The notes under the pieces are model-generated. The model was given only the letters and a program-made list of their open reading frames with translations. It was not told the DNA's origin and ran no database searches. The translations under genes and the position numbers were made by a program. From NCBI GenBank assembly GCA_000965745.1, contig CP009479.1, forward strand, positions 992,001-1,056,000: a DNA stretch of 64,000 nucleotides. Direction: 5' to 3'. The number at the start of each line of letters is the position of its first letter. Within the stretch, counting starts at the first letter, position 1. This stretch comes from an uncultured archaeon. GTDB lineage: Archaea; Thermoplasmatota; Thermoplasmata; Thermoplasmatales; Thermoplasmataceae. Shown here one piece after another: positions 28,045-37,990 of this stretch.

Positions 28045-28989
28045 CTAGGCGAGCTTAACTTTCAGATTCTGTATCATGTCCTTGACAGTTCTTTCGAGAT
28101 CATACTCCGGCCTGAACCCCCAGTCCCTTTCAGCCAGGGTTGTGTCAAGGCTTGCTGGCCATGTTTCTGCAATCTCCTGCCTGTAGTCAGGCTCATATGA
28201 AACCTCAAGCCCCGGGACCTCTTTTCTTATCTCATTGTACAGCTCTTCAGGGGAAAAGGAATAGGACGCCACATTGTAGTCGGTGTGCCTGGTAAGATTT
28301 TTCAGGTCGGCTTCAGCAAGCTTGACAAGAGAAGATACTGCGTCTGGCATATACATCATTGGAAGATACGCATCAGCTCTCAGAAAGCATTTGTAAGGTT
28401 CTCCCCTGACAGCATGGTAAAACATCTGCACCGAATAGTCTGTAGTCCCGGCAGTGGGCTCCCTTACATAACTCATGATCCCCGGGAATCTCAATCCCCT
28501 CACATCCAGGTCAAACTTTTCAAAATAATATTCACCAAGCATTTCTGTTGTTACTTTTGTTATGCCATACATTGTCCTGGGGCGTGTCACCGTTACAACC
28601 GGAACATTCTCCCTGGGTGTTTCCGGCCCGAACACGCCTATTGTGCTGGGAATCACCACTCGAGACAGGCCCTTCTCGATCCCAGCCCTGAGAATGTTGT
28701 TTGTTCCCACGAGGTTAACATCAAATGCCTTGAAGGGCTTCTTTTCCCCTGTAGCTGAAAGGATTGCAGCAAGATGGTATACGGTATCAACGTCGTGTTC
28801 GTCAATTGCGTTCTCAATGGCTTCAAAGTCGGTCACATCAAGATCCAGGAACTCGAAATCCGATCCGTTTTCGCAACCAGCGGACACATCGCTGGATATG
28901 ACATTGCTCTTCCCGTACTTCTTTGCCAGGTAAGGGACAAGTTCGCTGCCGATCTGACCACATGCACCAGTTATGAGAATTTTCCGCAT
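28045..28989 (-). CDS. tdh: L-threonine 3-dehydrogenase (SDR/epimerase type)
   Basis: GACGQIG, HLAAILSATGE, MYGITK, GTTDY, LPMMYMPD; divergent from kbl. Confidence 0.9.
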   Translation of the reverse strand: MRKILITGACGQIGSELVPYLAKKYGKSNVISSDVSAGCENGSDFEFLDLDVTDFEAIENAIDEHDVDTVYHLAAILSATGEKKPFKAFDVNLVGTNNILRAGIEKGLSRVVIPSTIGVFGPETPRENVPVVTVTRPRTMYGITKVTTEMLGEYYFEKFDLDVRGLRFPGIMSYVREPTAGTTDYSVQMFYHAVRGEPYKCFLRADAYLPMMYMPDAVSSLVKLAEADLKNLTRHTDYNVASYSFSPEELYNEIRKEVPGLEVSYEPDYRQEIAETWPASLDTTLAERDWGFRPEYDLERTVKDMIQNLKVKLA

Positions 28990-29142
28990 ATTTGACCCGA
29001 CGTAAAATCGTGTCTGAGATTAAAAGGTTATAGTGATCATGATCCACACACTGATCTTTTGCAGGATGGGTGGCCAAACCATTGGCAATCTTCGGGATAA
29101 CATAATTATCGGATCATGAGTTGTTAGATCGGTGATTAGTTT

Positions 29143-30327
29143 TTGTCAAAAATGGACTGGGTGTCGAAGGAGATCAATTCGCTGAAGGAAGCCGGCAGGT
29201 ATGTCCCAATAAGGGTGCTTGAAAGCGCCCAGGGTGCCTGGGTCAGCATTGAGAAGAAGAAAATGCTGAACATGTGCTCAAACAACTACCTTGGGCTGGC
29301 AAACAATGAAGAGGTGAAGAAGGCTGCAATCGAGGCAATAAAGGAATTTGGTGTCGGCGCAGGAGCGGTAAGATCTATTGCAGGCACCAACTCTGTCCAC
29401 CTTGAGCTTGAAAAGAAGGTTGCACTGTTCAAGCACATGGGATCATCCCTCGTCTACCAGGGAGGGCTTCTAGCCAACACGGGCACGATTCCATCAATTG
29501 TTGGGAAGGAGGACATCGTGTTCAGTGAGGAGCTGAATCATGCCAGCATAATAGATGGTGTCCGCCTGTCCTCCGCAAAAAGGGCTGTTTTCAAGCACAT
29601 GGACATGAAGGACCTTGAGAAACAGCTGAAGGAGCACAGGAATGAAGGAAAGAAAGCTCTCATTGTGACAGACGGGGTATTCAGCATGGACGGGGACATA
29701 GCGCCACTGCCTGAAATCGCAGAGCTCGGTGAAAAATACTCGGCGATGACATATGTTGATGATGCCCATGGTGAGGGAGTCCTCGGCTCCCACGGCAGGG
29801 GAATCGTGGACCACTTCAACCTTGCAGGAAAAGTCGACATAGAAATGGGAACTTTTTCCAAGGCAATCGGATCAATGGGCGGTTTCGTGGCCGGTGACGA
29901 GCAGTTTGTCGATCTGCTGAAACAGAGGGCAAGGCCGTTTCTGTTCAGCAGTGCCCTGAACGTGGGAGATGCGGCGGCGGTGTTGAAGTCCATAGAGATC
30001 CTGGAGAAGGACGATTCATTGGTGAAGAAACTATGGGATAATTCAGAATACCTCAAGAAATCACTCAATGACCTCGGCTTCAACACAGGAAGCAGCAAGA
30101 CTCCGATTACACCTGTGATTGCAGGAGACGAGAAGAAAGTCGTTGGACTGAGCAGAGCGCTCTATTCAGAGGAGAATGTATTCGCGTCACCGATCGTCTA
30201 CCCGACTGTCCCGATGGGAACTGCCCGAATAAGGCTGATGCCGTCCGCAGTGCATTCGAGGGAAGACCTTGATTACGCTGTAACAGCGTTTGAAAAACAG
30301 GGAAAGAAGCTCGGAATCCTGAAATGA
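29143..30327 (+). CDS. kbl: Glycine C-acetyltransferase (2-amino-3-ketobutyrate CoA ligase)
   Basis: [41 protein letters not shown]. Confidence 0.9.
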   Translation: MSKMDWVSKEINSLKEAGRYVPIRVLESAQGAWVSIEKKKMLNMCSNNYLGLANNEEVKKAAIEAIKEFGVGAGAVRSIAGTNSVHLELEKKVALFKHMGSSLVYQGGLLANTGTIPSIVGKEDIVFSEELNHASIIDGVRLSSAKRAVFKHMDMKDLEKQLKEHRNEGKKALIVTDGVFSMDGDIAPLPEIAELGEKYSAMTYVDDAHGEGVLGSHGRGIVDHFNLAGKVDIEMGTFSKAIGSMGGFVAGDEQFVDLLKQRARPFLFSSALNVGDAAAVLKSIEILEKDDSLVKKLWDNSEYLKKSLNDLGFNTGSSKTPITPVIAGDEKKVVGLSRALYSEENVFASPIVYPTVPMGTARIRLMPSAVHSREDLDYAVTAFEKQGKKLGILK

Positions 30328-30347
30328 AGGCTGGTGTCTGATCTTCA

Positions 30348-30363
30348 ATTTTCCTTTTTTTTT
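30348..30363 (+). terminator. Oligo-T archaeal terminator after kbl
   Basis: TTTTCC followed by a 10-T run about 20 nt past the stop. Confidence 0.5.
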
Positions 30364-30413
30364 GGAAGAAATCACGCACTGTATTTTATGCAGTCCCAGA
30401 TTCAGAACGGAAC

Positions 30414-31103
30414 ATGGAATCCACTCACATATGCGTCGGGCCAGAACCCGGAAAAAGTCTTGTGGACTTTGACTGGGACCTTCTGGAAGCAGCTGTAGTT
30501 GAAAGGCCGAACAGGTTTGTTGTTATCGCAAACCTTGGCGGGGAGTCGGTAAAATGCCATCTGCACGATCCAGGGAGGCTAAAGGAGCTAATATTTCCAG
30601 GAAACAGAATCAGGATCAGGAGAAAGCCTTCTGAAAAAACAGACTACTCGGTGGTATGTGCCCTGGATGGAGACGAATGGGTACTCATTGACAGCAGGTT
30701 TCACCCGTCGATAGCCAGGAAATTTCTCCCGGATAATGCAGTATCTGAGGTCAGGGTAGGAAGGAAGAGAATCGATTTCAAGTGTGAAAATGAATTCATA
30801 GAAGTGAAGGGCTGCACCCTCGTGGACAATGGAACTGCCAAGTTCCCGGATGCCCCCAGCCTGAGGGCAACTGAGCATGTCAGGCTCCTGACTTCAATGA
30901 AGGATGAGGGAACTCCGGCCAGCATAATGTTCCTTGTCATGAGGAAGAATGCTGAGTGTTTTGTTCCAAACAGAGATACGGATCCGGAATTCGCGGAAGC
31001 ACTGCTCAGGGCTGCTGGATCCGGCGTCAATATCGTATTCAAGAAAATGCATCTCGACGGGAAATCAATAATCTATGACGGCCAGATACAAATGTGCCAG
31101 TGA
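30414..31103 (+). CDS. sfsA: DNA/RNA nuclease SfsA
   Basis: RPNRF, HLHDPGRLKEL, RIDF..IEVKGCTL, FPDAP..RA..H. Confidence 0.92.
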   Translation: MESTHICVGPEPGKSLVDFDWDLLEAAVVERPNRFVVIANLGGESVKCHLHDPGRLKELIFPGNRIRIRRKPSEKTDYSVVCALDGDEWVLIDSRFHPSIARKFLPDNAVSEVRVGRKRIDFKCENEFIEVKGCTLVDNGTAKFPDAPSLRATEHVRLLTSMKDEGTPASIMFLVMRKNAECFVPNRDTDPEFAEALLRAAGSGVNIVFKKMHLDGKSIIYDGQIQMCQ

Positions 31104-31210
31104 TGCTCTGCTCGCAGGATCGATTTTTCTATGTCTAGACGCATATTGATAGGATAAATGAAACTTTTCGTGTTAACCGTTTCCGTATATGTTTATATAC
31201 CAGAATTTAA

Positions 31211-31702
31211 TTGATCGCTCGCTCTTCGATGATTACGGAACACATCAAGAAAAATGATACAGAACGCGAAAAGAAGAGGACTAGACTTCTTGGAAACATC
31301 AATGTAGGCTCTGCCATGCGAAGCGCATTCGAGAGGAGGAATGAACTCCGAAGATCGCAGTCGGAAGCAGGGCATCACGACCTGATCTACCAGGGGAAGG
31401 AAGTTGACCTCCGGAGAATACCTGTTGCAAGGGAGATGTACCTGAAGAAGAAGGACACAGTTCTGGGAAACCGCTTCAAGAAAACTCTCCTTGGGTATAC
31501 CAAAGGGGCAACAAACCAGTACAGGGGCCCGCATTCAACCCATGTAAGGGAATATTCAGACCATTATACAATTCACAGGGACTTCATAGATCCTAGGAAG
31601 AACCCGGTTATCCATCTGGCAAAGGATGCGCCCATGGAGCTCGCAGGATGGATCATCGGGGGGCTGATTGCTCTCGTCATTATAGTATTCCTGATATTCT
31701 GA
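31211..31702 (+). CDS. Hypothetical protein, paralogue of 12991..13377, C-terminal TM anchor (start 31229 possible)
   Basis: KG...QYRG..HVREY..YTIHRDFIDPRKNPVIHLAKDAP plus hydrophobic tail. Confidence 0.8.
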   Translation: MIARSSMITEHIKKNDTEREKKRTRLLGNINVGSAMRSAFERRNELRRSQSEAGHHDLIYQGKEVDLRRIPVAREMYLKKKDTVLGNRFKKTLLGYTKGATNQYRGPHSTHVREYSDHYTIHRDFIDPRKNPVIHLAKDAPMELAGWIIGGLIALVIIVFLIF

Positions 31703-31980
31703 TGTCGCTGTTGGTACGTTAACACCAGGTTCTTGAGGATGATCTCCCCGAAGATCCGATCATAATCGTTTTGTCTGGCATGACTGTCAGAAACATTTAA
31801 GGCAATTTTGCCTTAACATAGAAGAACAGATGATTGGGGGATTTGGACAGAGAGCCTTTAAAACACTTGAAAAAATAGAAATTTTTGTTATTGCCCATGC
31901 TCTCGCGCCTCTCTTCAGAAAATGTCATGCTGTAATCAAACAATGGTGCTGTCACAGGAGAAGCATCAGGGAGGTAGCAC

Positions 31981-33048
31981 ATGGATAGGTATCTTATGCT
32001 TGAGGACGGCACTATCCTCAGAGGGGCCGCATATGGCCACAAAGGAAGTGCCTATGGTGAGATCGTTTTTACCACATCAATGACTGGTTACATGGAGTCA
32101 TTGACCGATCCCTCATACAGGGGCCAGATCCTGATTTTCGCTTTCCCCACGATTGCAAACTACTCATTCAATCAGGACCAGATGGAATCCGGGGAGATAC
32201 AGGTTGAAGCTCTTGTTACAAAGGATGCGCACTCTTTCCTTGGAGCCGGAAAGCCCGGTGAGGAATTCGAGAAATATCTATCAGAATCCGGGGTTCCCGG
32301 TATTGATGGAATCGACACCAGATCGCTAGTAAAGAAGATCAGGGAAAAGGGAGTGCTGAAAGCCTGGATCTCAGACAGGCCGGATTTTCCAAAGGACTGG
32401 CCGGATCCAATGGAGAGGAACCTGGTCGGTGAAACGAGCACAAGCGATCATTACACTGTTAAGGGGGATGGCGAACTTGACATCCTCTTCATCGATCTTG
32501 GCGCCAAGAGGAGCCTCGTGAGAAAGATGGGTGAGATAGCCTCATCACTTGACGTTGTACCATACAATTTTGACCTCTCGAAGATTGACAAGCACTATGA
32601 CGCGATCTTTCTTTCAAACGGCCCGGGAGACCCCTCCCACGAATCACTGGGAAGTGTGACCGAGTTTGTGGCCATGAAGGTCGAAGACACTCCAATTTAC
32701 GGCGTATGCCTGGGCCATCAGATCATATCAATAGCCCTCGGTGGCAGAACTGAAAAAATGCGTTTTGGCCACAGAGGGTCCAACCATGCTGTTACCGACG
32801 GGCAGAGGATCTGGATAACTACCCACAATCACGGCTACGCGGTTAATCAGCAATCGCTCAGCGGAACACCTCTGAAGATCACCCAATGGGATATAAATGA
32901 CGGAACGGTTGAAATGGTGGAGCACAGTGAAAAACCAGTTTTCTCTGTTCAGTACCATCCAGAGGCCTCGCCCGGGCCACACGACGCTGAATGGTTTTTT
33001 GACAAAATAAAGGAGAGGACAGTTGAGTATTATGCCAAGAAAGCCTGA
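31981..33048 (+). CDS. carA: Carbamoyl-phosphate synthase small subunit
   Basis: GEIVFTTSMTGY, SNGPGDP, GVCLGHQ, QYHPEASPGP. Confidence 0.97.
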   Translation: MDRYLMLEDGTILRGAAYGHKGSAYGEIVFTTSMTGYMESLTDPSYRGQILIFAFPTIANYSFNQDQMESGEIQVEALVTKDAHSFLGAGKPGEEFEKYLSESGVPGIDGIDTRSLVKKIREKGVLKAWISDRPDFPKDWPDPMERNLVGETSTSDHYTVKGDGELDILFIDLGAKRSLVRKMGEIASSLDVVPYNFDLSKIDKHYDAIFLSNGPGDPSHESLGSVTEFVAMKVEDTPIYGVCLGHQIISIALGGRTEKMRFGHRGSNHAVTDGQRIWITTHNHGYAVNQQSLSGTPLKITQWDINDGTVEMVEHSEKPVFSVQYHPEASPGPHDAEWFFDKIKERTVEYYAKKA

Positions 33049-36000
33049 AATCAAAAATGTACTGGTAATAGGCTCCGGCCCCGTAGTTGTAGGCCAGGCA
33101 GCCGAATTTGACTATGCGGGTTCGCAAGCGTGCCTGTCTTTGCGGGAGGAAGGTATCAGGGTGGTACTCCTGAATTCAAATCCTGCTACCATTCAGACTG
33201 ACAGGAGCATTGCCGACAGGATATACATAGAACCCATGACTGCCGATACTATAGAGGCAATCATTGATCAGGAGAATATTGACGCGATCCTGCCTACAAT
33301 GGGGGGCCAGACTGCACTCAACCTCGCCGTGGAACTCGACAGAAGGGGCATTATTAAAGGAAAAAAAGTGCAGTTTCTGGGAACTGACATCAGGTCGATC
33401 AAGACGGCGGAAGACAGGAGGAAGTTCCATGCTCTTGTGAAATCCCTTGGAGAGCCAATTCCCGATTCTGAGGAACTGGACAGGACCAATTTCAGGGACA
33501 GGATAGCCAATCTTCAGTTCTTTCCGGTCATACTCAGGACTTCATTCTCACTTGGCGGCCTTAGTGGATCAATAATAAGTTCAAAGGTTGAGCTTCTAAG
33601 AATAGCTGAGTCCTATTTCTCAGACTACGGGGACGGGACCCTGGAGGTGGAAAAATCCATAGAAGGCCTCAAGGAGCTGGAATATGAAATTGTAAGGGAC
33701 AATGCGGGCAACTGCATTGTAATATGTAATATGGAAAACCTCGATCCTATGGGTGTCCACACAGGAGAAAGCATAGTAGTAACCCCCTCGCAGACTCTCA
33801 GTGATGTTCAATACCATTTCCTCAGGGACTCTGCCATCAAGATAATCGGGGCTATTGGCATAAGGGGGGCCTGCAACATACAGTTTGCGCTTAACCCTGA
33901 GACGGACGAGTATTACGTCGTGGAAGTCAACCCGCGAACTTCCAGGTCGTCCGCTCTGGCATCAAAGGCGAGTGGATACCCAATCGCAAGGATCGCAACG
34001 AAGATTGCGGTCGGGTACAACCTTACCGAGATAAAGAACCCTATAACCAAGGATACCTCGGCAGCATTTGAGCCGTCGCTGGACTATGTTACGGTGAAGA
34101 TTCCGAGATGGCCCTTCGACAAGTTTGCCGTCGAGAGAAGGATTGGTGTCCAGATGAAGTCCATAGGGGAGGTGATGGGCATAGGACGTACCTTTGAGGA
34201 GGCCATGATGAAGGCAATAGCCTCTCTGGACACGCCAGAATCTAGCAGAATCCGTCTCTTCCTTCCGGACGATAAGATCAGGGATCTTCTTACAAAGTCA
34301 ACAGACCTCAGGCTTTACGCAATTTTTGAGGCACTATTCAGGCATTATGAAGTCGAGGAGATTGCCGCACTCTCAAAGTTCGATCCCTACTTCATCAATA
34401 AGATAAACAACGTTGTAAGGGAACTTGAATCCCTGGACATGGGAAGAATCCCTGAAAACCTGAAGGAGTTCAAGAAACTTGGCATATCGGATTCGCAGAT
34501 ATCCGAATTCACCAAAGTCGGTGAAACGAAGATAACCCGCTACAGAATCGATAACGGAATTTTGCCATCCTACAAGGCCATAGACACCTGTTCAGGGGAG
34601 TTCGAGGCTGAAACCCCCTACCTCTACTCAACCTACGAAGATGAGGGGGATTTTGAGAAAACACCCGAAGTCAAAGGAAAGGTAATGGTTATCGGATCAG
34701 GGCCAAACCGTATTTCACAAGGGCTTGAATTCGACTACGGTTCGGTAAAGGCGGTACAGACACTCAGCAAGAAGGGATACACTACAATCATGCTGAACAG
34801 CAACCCTGAGACGGTTTCTACCGATTTTGACGTATCTGATTATCTTTATTTTGAACCGGTCACACTTGAACACGTATCAAACGTCATTGTCAGGGAAAAG
34901 CCTAAGGGGCTCATCATACAGTTCTCCGGGCAGACTGGCCAGAACCTTGCTTCCAAACTGTCAGAACTTTTTGGGGAGAAGATAATCCTCGGAACCAGGC
35001 CGTCAGATATAGATGAGATAGAAAACAGGTCCATATTCGCGGAAAGGCTGAAATCTTTGGGGATAAAACAGCCTGACTTTGTGTCCGTTGCAAACGAGAA
35101 CGAGGTGGAGGGAAAGGTACCGCTTATCAGCCTGCCTGTGATTGTGAGGTCCAGCTTCATCATCGGCGGCAGGGCAATGGATATTGTCTACAGTTATGAG
35201 GACCTGAAAACAAGGGTAAAGGAACTGTTCAGGGAACGCCCGGGATACCCAATTCTTATCAGCAGGTACGTTGAAGGGGCGCAGGAGATTGACGTGGATT
35301 TCGTATCAGATTCTGCAAGGACAGCAATCTCCGGAATCTCACTTCACATAGAAGAGGCGGGAACCCACTCAGGAGACGCAACCATGATAATGGGGCCAGA
35401 CATCATCAGCGATGGGCTCTTCAGGAAGATCAAGGACATTGTTGACCTGTTCGCAACAAATTTCAGCCTGGTGGGCGTATCAAACCTGCAGCTGGCTGTG
35501 CGCGACGACGAAATATTCGTGATTGAGCTCAATGCGAGGTCTTCACGCTCCCTTCCATTCGTGTCAAAGGCTACAGGTACAGACTGGGTGTCCGTGGCGA
35601 TTTCTGCAATGCTTGGCGACAGCATCAGCGAGCCGGACGCCTCACCGAAATCATACTTCGTGAAGATTCCTATATTTCCGTTCAACAGATTTTCAGACCT
35701 GGATATCATACTTGGCCCTGAAATGAAATCAACAGGAGAGGCTATGTCCGAAGCTTCCACAAAAACTGAAGCGCTGATAAAAGCAGCGATGATAATGAAT
35801 CCACGCTTCTCGCTGGATCACCCTGCTCTGGTATCAGTAAACGATAATGACAAGCCCCTTGTGGGAAGCATATGCCACCTGCTCCATGACGCCGGAGTAA
35901 AGATCTATGCAACTCCCGGAACCTCTGAATTCCTGGACGATCTGGGGGTTCCGAACGAGACGGTGTACAGACTGGACGACATCCGGGAGCCAAAAATGAG

Positions 36001-36256
36001 CAGGATGATAAAAGAGGATAAGCTTTCAATGATCCTCAACACGCCAACCATGCATTCAGGCTCAATCAAGGACGGTTTCAGGATAAGGCGTATGGCAGTT
36101 CAGAGGGGAATGCCCATCATTACCAATGTGAGACTCGCAGATGCAGTAGTCAGGTCCGTCGCATCAAAGGAGTCACTTGTCTATCGGGAGATAGGCGAAT
36201 ACGCCATGGGAGAGCAACGAAATGAATATCAGAAAGGCAAAAGAGCAGTTTCCTGA
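33032..36256 (+). CDS. carB: Carbamoyl-phosphate synthase large subunit
   Basis: GSGPVVVGQAAEFDYAG, MENLDPMGVHTGES, EVNPRTSRSSALASKA, duplicated ATP-grasp, MGS domain. Confidence 0.97.
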   Translation: MPRKPEIKNVLVIGSGPVVVGQAAEFDYAGSQACLSLREEGIRVVLLNSNPATIQTDRSIADRIYIEPMTADTIEAIIDQENIDAILPTMGGQTALNLAVELDRRGIIKGKKVQFLGTDIRSIKTAEDRRKFHALVKSLGEPIPDSEELDRTNFRDRIANLQFFPVILRTSFSLGGLSGSIISSKVELLRIAESYFSDYGDGTLEVEKSIEGLKELEYEIVRDNAGNCIVICNMENLDPMGVHTGESIVVTPSQTLSDVQYHFLRDSAIKIIGAIGIRGACNIQFALNPETDEYYVVEVNPRTSRSSALASKASGYPIARIATKIAVGYNLTEIKNPITKDTSAAFEPSLDYVTVKIPRWPFDKFAVERRIGVQMKSIGEVMGIGRTFEEAMMKAIASLDTPESSRIRLFLPDDKIRDLLTKSTDLRLYAIFEALFRHYEVEEIAALSKFDPYFINKINNVVRELESLDMGRIPENLKEFKKLGISDSQISEFTKVGETKITRYRIDNGILPSYKAIDTCSGEFEAETPYLYSTYEDEGDFEKTPEVKGKVMVIGSGPNRISQGLEFDYGSVKAVQTLSKKGYTTIMLNSNPETVSTDFDVSDYLYFEPVTLEHVSNVIVREKPKGLIIQFSGQTGQNLASKLSELFGEKIILGTRPSDIDEIENRSIFAERLKSLGIKQPDFVSVANENEVEGKVPLISLPVIVRSSFIIGGRAMDIVYSYEDLKTRVKELFRERPGYPILISRYVEGAQEIDVDFVSDSARTAISGISLHIEEAGTHSGDATMIMGPDIISDGLFRKIKDIVDLFATNFSLVGVSNLQLAVRDDEIFVIELNARSSRSLPFVSKATGTDWVSVAISAMLGDSISEPDASPKSYFVKIPIFPFNRFSDLDIILGPEMKSTGEAMSEASTKTEALIKAAMIMNPRFSLDHPALVSVNDNDKPLVGSICHLLHDAGVKIYATPGTSEFLDDLGVPNETVYRLDDIREPKMSRMIKEDKLSMILNTPTMHSGSIKDGFRIRRMAVQRGMPIITNVRLADAVVRSVASKESLVYREIGEYAMGEQRNEYQKGKRAVS

Positions 36257-36920
36257 AGTGTATGGACTCATAAGGAAGCAGAGCCCTCCGCACCATTTTG
36301 AGTTCTCAGACCCGTTCTGGGTCCTCATTACAACAATTATGTCGCACCGCACGAAGGACGAAGTGACCGATCCTGCAGCAAGAAGGCTTCATGACAGGTA
36401 CCATGATTCAGTGGGCCTTGCAAATGCAAGTTATGACGACGTTTATGACGCAATATCAAAGGTAGGTTTCGCCAGGGTGAAGGCTGAGAGGGTGATAGGT
36501 GCAGCAAGAATAATCAATGAAGAATTCAGCGGCAAGGTTCCGGAAAACATCGAGGATATGATGACAATACCTGGGATAGGCAGGAAAACGGCAAATGTTG
36601 TGCTTGCCGACGCCATGAAAATTCCGGCAATTGCCGTAGATACACATGTGCACAGGATAAGCAACAGAATAGGCTGGGCAAACACTAAAAATCCCGAAGG
36701 AACGGAAGAGAGGCTAAGAAAAATAATACCCAGGGGGCAATGGCTGGGGTTTAACCCTGTTCTCGTGGAATTCGGCAAGAAAATCTGCAGGCCAATCGGG
36801 CCAAAATGTGGCGAGTGCCTGATAAACAGCTACTGCGAATACTACTCAAAGAATGTCAAGAACGGCAGAGTGAATAAGTCCGGAAAATCCGGCAAGGCTC
36901 AAGGCCGGCATGAAGCATAA
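36222..36920 (+). CDS. nth: Endonuclease III
   Basis: HhH IPGIGRKTANVV, AVDTHV, CxxxxxxCxxCxxxxxC cluster. Confidence 0.95.
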   Translation: MNIRKAKEQFPEVYGLIRKQSPPHHFEFSDPFWVLITTIMSHRTKDEVTDPAARRLHDRYHDSVGLANASYDDVYDAISKVGFARVKAERVIGAARIINEEFSGKVPENIEDMMTIPGIGRKTANVVLADAMKIPAIAVDTHVHRISNRIGWANTKNPEGTEERLRKIIPRGQWLGFNPVLVEFGKKICRPIGPKCGECLINSYCEYYSKNVKNGRVNKSGKSGKAQGRHEA

Positions 36921-36935
36921 AAGAGGATCTCCGGG

Positions 36936-37586
36936 ATGGGGCAGGAAGAGGAAGACCTGAAGGATTACTATTCTTCAAGATCGGGGGAATATGACCGCCT
37001 TTACGAAAAGCCTGACAGACAGGCAGATCTTGCCGGCATGCGGAATGCGCTTATTGAGAAGCTGTCCGGCCGGAGAATTCTGGAAATTGCCTGCGGAACA
37101 GGGTACTGGACTGAGATTCTGGCTGACCACGCAGACTCAATACTTGCCATAGACAGCAGCACTGAGATGATTGAGATTGCCAGGAAAAGGACAGAATCCA
37201 GGGCAAATGTTTCCTTCCTGGTTTCAGACGCCTATTCCATGGATAATGTGGGCGGATCATTCGAGGGTGCCCTCTGCGGTTATTGGATATCGCACGTAAA
37301 AAAGAGGAGGATAAAAAAATTCCTTGATACACTCCATGGGAAACTTGAATCCGGTTCTGTGGTTGTGATGATAGACAACAGGTATGTTGAGAGTGCAACA
37401 CCAATAAGCAGAACGGACGGTGAAGGGAATACGTACCAGATCAGGAAGCTCAAAAATGGGCAGGAGTATGAGATCGTAAAGAACTTTCTAACTGAGGGCG
37501 AATTATTGGAACTAACTTCTGGAACAGCTTATGATAGGAATTTCCTTGAGTTTGAGTACTATTGGGTTTTTCAATATACGATATGA
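36936..37586 (+). CDS. Class I SAM-dependent methyltransferase
   Basis: ILEIACGTGYWT, AIDSS.EM, WISHV. Confidence 0.9.
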   Translation: MGQEEEDLKDYYSSRSGEYDRLYEKPDRQADLAGMRNALIEKLSGRRILEIACGTGYWTEILADHADSILAIDSSTEMIEIARKRTESRANVSFLVSDAYSMDNVGGSFEGALCGYWISHVKKRRIKKFLDTLHGKLESGSVVVMIDNRYVESATPISRTDGEGNTYQIRKLKNGQEYEIVKNFLTEGELLELTSGTAYDRNFLEFEYYWVFQYTI

Positions 37587-37777
37587 TCATCTTGTCTGAC
37601 AGCCCGCTCAAATGAAGGGCCATATCGAGATGCACAGACCTCGCAGAAGCTTGTGAATTGACAGCGCCTAATACAAAAATAAAATATACCGGTGCTTATT
37701 AAGAAGTTATTGTCTGGTCTGGGAATCAGGCACGGAGAGATAGAAACTTATAAACCATAGAAAGGATGAGTGTTCGA

Positions 37778-37990
37778 ATGGCAGAAGTTAAGCTTAAGAC
37801 AGAAATGGACGTCGACAGAAGTCTGTGCAACTATTGTGGTGCATGCGTTGGAATGTGCCCCACTGATGCAATATTCATGGACGATACAGTAATTGAAATA
37901 CATGAAAACAAATGTATAGAGTGCGGATTTTGCGTAGTTGGTTGCCCCACAGGAGCAATATCTGCGGAGTGGTTCCATGCTACAGTATGA
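37778..37990 (+). CDS. 2[4Fe-4S] ferredoxin
   Basis: CNYCGACVGMCP and CIECGFCVVGCP. Confidence 0.93.
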   Translation: MAEVKLKTEMDVDRSLCNYCGACVGMCPTDAIFMDDTVIEIHENKCIECGFCVVGCPTGAISAEWFHATV

